Assembly: GCA_009103225.1 (NCBI GenBank) | Contig: RHPI01003330.1 | Coordinates: 586,730 to 650,729, forward strand | DNA length: 64,000 nt | Direction of reading: 5' to 3' | DNA from: Chlorokybus atmophyticus | Taxonomy: Eukaryota; Plantae; Mesostigma and Chlorokybus algae | Shown here: positions 60,563 through 64,000 of the stretch, piece after piece | Layout of the letters: each line of letters begins with the position of its first letter | Numbering within the stretch: the first letter of the stretch is position 1 | Position numbers and translations under genes: made by a program | The notes under the pieces: generated by a model | The model's database searches: none | The model's input: only the letters and a program-made list of their open reading frames with translations | Told to the model about the DNA's origin: nothing

Positions 60563-62721
60563 CCGATGCGCATGCACACGCACCTGCTCGGCATGCCTCT
60601 CACAATACAGCCGCAAGCAGAGGATGAGCATCAAATTGTTTACGGCACGCACATAGTGTCAGCAAGTCAATCATTAAGACCCATGTGAAGACCTAAAGCA
60701 GCGATGAGGACGGAATGGGGCTGCCTACCAAACACAACAAGGCAAAAGTAGCCTGCAGCAAAGTGACTGCTGACTAGAAACTACACTGGCCTCTTATTAA
60801 GCAACAGCTTGGTGCCAGTGCCAAGCATGTATCACGCGGTCAAGCCAGCCGCCGCCGCTAGCTTCCAATGCTGGGATTTCTGCCACTTCCTCCATGCATC
60901 CATGGCAACAGTTTTCACTGTGTACGCGTTGCTGTGAGTGATAACCAAGGCGTCCTTAGCTGCATGTCTTGACATGTGATCAGCTCATGGGCTGTAGGCA
61001 AGGCGTGTCACAACTCACAGCAGCAAACTCACCATACAACTCAGCTTGCTCACAAGTGAGCGTGCAACAAAAGCTGCAATGAATGCTGCACAGAACACTT
61101 GTAGTGAGCACAGGCTGTACTCATAGCCGGCATGCAGAGTTTGGGCTGCATCAGATGTCTTACTTGCCGAGAACAATACCGTGAGCGAGCAAGACGCGCT
61201 CAATTACGCGTCCAACCACAGCCACCTGCGATGGGACGACTGTAATGTTGTGCATGTTACACAAACATACGCCCGTCTGGTCAAGTCACAACAAGCGGTG
61301 TGCACCTGCCTTTGATGTCATGGCTGTGTCTCCCAGAACGAACTTGTGCAAGTGCGCCGCGGCATACCCTGCTGCTACCAGGCGGACAGCCAGGCGCTGT
61401 GTGCGCTCTCCTCACTCAATAATGGCGCTTCTGACAGAGGTTGCGCGGCATCCACATGCCTGCAGTGTGTTCTCAGCATTGGTTAGACATTGAAGTGGCC
61501 TATGCTTCCAACATGCTGACCTCACAATGCGTTCTGTTATGTTTGACTGAGTGATCTAATATGCAGATGCTCAAGAAAGCACGGGTAGCGCAACATGTTG
61601 CTTGCGCACTTACGCGCAATGGTTCTGGAGGACATGTAGCCCAAGTGAAGCAACAGACCATACGCTTCGAGGCCAATTGGGCTGCAAAGCATCAACAACA
61701 CGTGCAGGTCAGTTGACTGTTTGGGAGAGGCAGCTTCTTATCACGACCATGGTCTTCACTGCCTACTGTATACCAGCCGTACACTTACTGTGTCCTGCAA
61801 TGTGGGCGACTTGAAATGTATTGCAAAGCTAATGACGTGGTGGGAAAATCTCATGGATGTCATGCACTGCAAAAGCAAACCGGAATGCTGATGAACGGAG
61901 AATGTGTACCTAACAACATGTTGGGTTGCAAAACAACTGCATGCATCTTGCAAGAGCAATATCGTGCCACACCTTGCTGAAAACGAAAGCTCTTGGCAGC
62001 ACAGCCTAGTGGTAAGGCATCGAGCAGAAGTGCTGATCCTGCATGCAACTCAAGGTTTGTCCCAACCGAGATGCGCTGCATGCGTTGTGTTTGCATGGAA
62101 ACTGTTTACGTACCGCCCAACCCATTAGTGTCCATTTCATGCGCCAAATGCTAATCCATACGAGCATCCTCTTCAAGCCCTGTGTTGAACAATGTTGAGG
62201 AAGTTAGCTTCCATTCTACAGCGTCTGACCTCTAAGAACCTACAAGGTGACCTACACCTACAAGCTAACACTGGCGACGACACTAGCACTAGCGTGCATT
62301 GCAGTTAAACCTCGCATGACAGGTGCTGCGGTATTGCACAGACAGCAGCTGAGTGCACGCTTCCCATCAGCATTTGGTATGCCAGAGATTACTGGCAGTT
62401 GGTATCAGATTGCGTTGATAGCCAGTTGCTAATCGCTGACAGCTTTCAAGGCAGCAGCAAAGCTCACGCACTCCGCGCTGCACACATTGGGTGCTTGGAG
62501 CCGCAGGGCTGGCGCCGTCACCCTGCATTGCTGCTTCTGCTGCGGGTTGCTCCGCTGCGGCATGGCATGCTGGGCGAAGCCCAACATGTCTCGGACGTAG
62601 CGGGCGAGGCCGACCTGCTGCTCCACCGCTGCAACAATCGACGATACATTACATGGGTACACAAACAGCATGGGTCCAAGAATCACCTACATACAACTAC
62701 TAGGTACAGCAAATCTGCCTG

Positions 62722-64000
62722 CTACACCAAGTCTGATAAAGTCATGTCCGCCACATCGCCCAACGCCGTATCGCGAGCTGGCCTAGCGTCTCGTGATGGG
62801 GCTGCTCGTAAAGCACCCGCCATCAAAGTCAAGATAGCGGATGCTTGAGAACGCTGCAGGATGACGGAGACACGCTGGCGAAACTGGGCGACCAACCGCT
62901 GAATGAATCTACTCTCCAACTCGCGTGCATCAGCCACACGTCGAGCGCACAAGGACAACAGCTCGACAGCCGGTGCTCCCAGCCAGCCATGAGTCTCGAT
63001 GGCCAAAGGGATGTCGTAGTCGTCGTGATCATGGTGCTTGGTCTTCTTCTCGCGATCAGCTGTTATGACCCCCGCACCCGGACGTGGTCGGCAAGCCGTG
63101 ACTGTCACGTCCAGCAGCATGCGACTGTCGCTGCCTGGCTCGCAAGCCATCATGTCCATACGCCTCCCCTGCTGCTCGTGCTCCAACAATGGCAGTACAC
63201 CCGTCACCTCACATCTCACGACGTAACCCGCCTCTCGTGAGATCGCAGCGAAGGTGTCACGAGAAGCGTCATGAGTAGCTATGCAATGCCCGTCTCGCAT
63301 GCACATCGACAAGTGAGCATCCCTCGCACTCAGCAGCCAGCCTGACCCCGTCATTGGCATGTGTCATTGGCGTGTGGCACACGCGCAAAGGTAAATGCGC
63401 CAGCAGAGGGTGCCACCGTGGCAAAGCTAAGAGGTGACGCCCTCCAGTGCGATACTGAGCAACAGACAGGCGCAAGTCGTCACGAACAGGGACCGCTCAC
63501 AATTAAGCCCCTGCATCGATGCTCGCTGCCGACTGCAGGCGGTGCACGTCGCCGTGGCTGCTGGCTAGGATTTCTATGAAAGACGCTCGTATACTTGCAT
63601 CCAAGCATGAAGTCAGGTCCTACTGAAGATGTCCGCTCTGTGCCATCGCCACTGGCATGATGCCACGAATGCTGTCAGCTAAAATGAATCTGTGGTAACA
63701 GGGACGCAGCGAGGCAAAGGTCGTGATGGATATGCAAGTCTCCCACATCATCAATAGCCGCACTCAACCTGTCGTCATCACGCACAACCGCCAAACACCG
63801 GCGTACCACACTAGCCATCAATCTCCAGCCTCATAAGAACGCCGCCGGTGCAACAGCAGCTGCACGCCAAAGTCCCACACCACCCAAAGTCACTAGCAGC
63901 ATTGCTGCGGAGGTTGGCTGCTGCTGGCAGAGGTGCAAAGCAGGGTAGGGCGACAACTGCAAAGCGTAGATTTCACAAGCCTCGCGGGCTCTCAACTTGG
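62722..64000 (-). mobile_element. Degenerate CRE-clade non-LTR retrotransposon, 3' part (zinc knuckle plus restriction-like endonuclease)
   Basis: Post-RT motif LGGVGLWRAAAVAPAAFL* (about 63831-63895). Knuckle remnant HLSMCMRDGHCIATHDASRDTFAAISREAGYVVRCE. RLE motif RRMD...MLLDVTV...DREKKTKH...IPLAIETHGWLG...FRQRVSVILQRSQA. In-frame stops and frame breaks lie upstream. The element continues past the window edge. Confidence 0.85.

Noticed and set aside
62429-62686. Minus-strand ORF (VEQQVGLARYVRDMLG) as the tail of a second retroelement
   Set aside because: The resemblance to non-LTR ORF2 ends is too short and vague, with no RT or zinc-finger motif attached.

Overview
This is compact, intron-rich eukaryotic nuclear DNA from a green-lineage organism. 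Plant-type SDH5, ALDH12/P5CDH, DIVARICATA-like MYB and telo-boxes occur together with the flagellar genes BBS5 and CCDC57. That mix suggests an early-diverging flagellate streptophyte alga (Chlorokybus-like); this is inference only. Spliced genes I can support: CCDC57-like (+, 5'-partial), telomerase reverse transcriptase TERT (+, start codon lost at a scaffold N), haspin (-), P5CDH (+), a tail-to-tail F-box pair (one intact, one with two in-frame stops), SDH5 (+), PP2A catalytic subunit (-), EGF-repeat exostosin/GT47 (-), BBS5 (+), FYVE4-like FYVE/DM14 protein (-), R-R-type MYB (+), a SPATA7-like gene (-) and 3-hydroxyisobutyryl-CoA hydrolase (+). There are also several low-confidence orphan genes. 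Mobile DNA comprises a 484-bp TA-flanked MITE rich in palindromes and a decayed CRE-type non-LTR retrotransposon at the right edge. Three contig ends next to Ns carry exact copies of sequence 4.8-6.0 kb away, all in circularisation geometry. These are probably mate-pair chimera artefacts, and one of them replaces the true TERT 5' end. I did not find a convincing novel multi-gene system. The best leads are an algal SDH5, a hydrolase carrying both a mitochondrial presequence and PTS1, a long insertion with alternative splice donors in the TERT palm, and a duplicated element with a conserved hairpin at 55.9 and 59.2 kb. No tRNA, rRNA or CRISPR array was seen.
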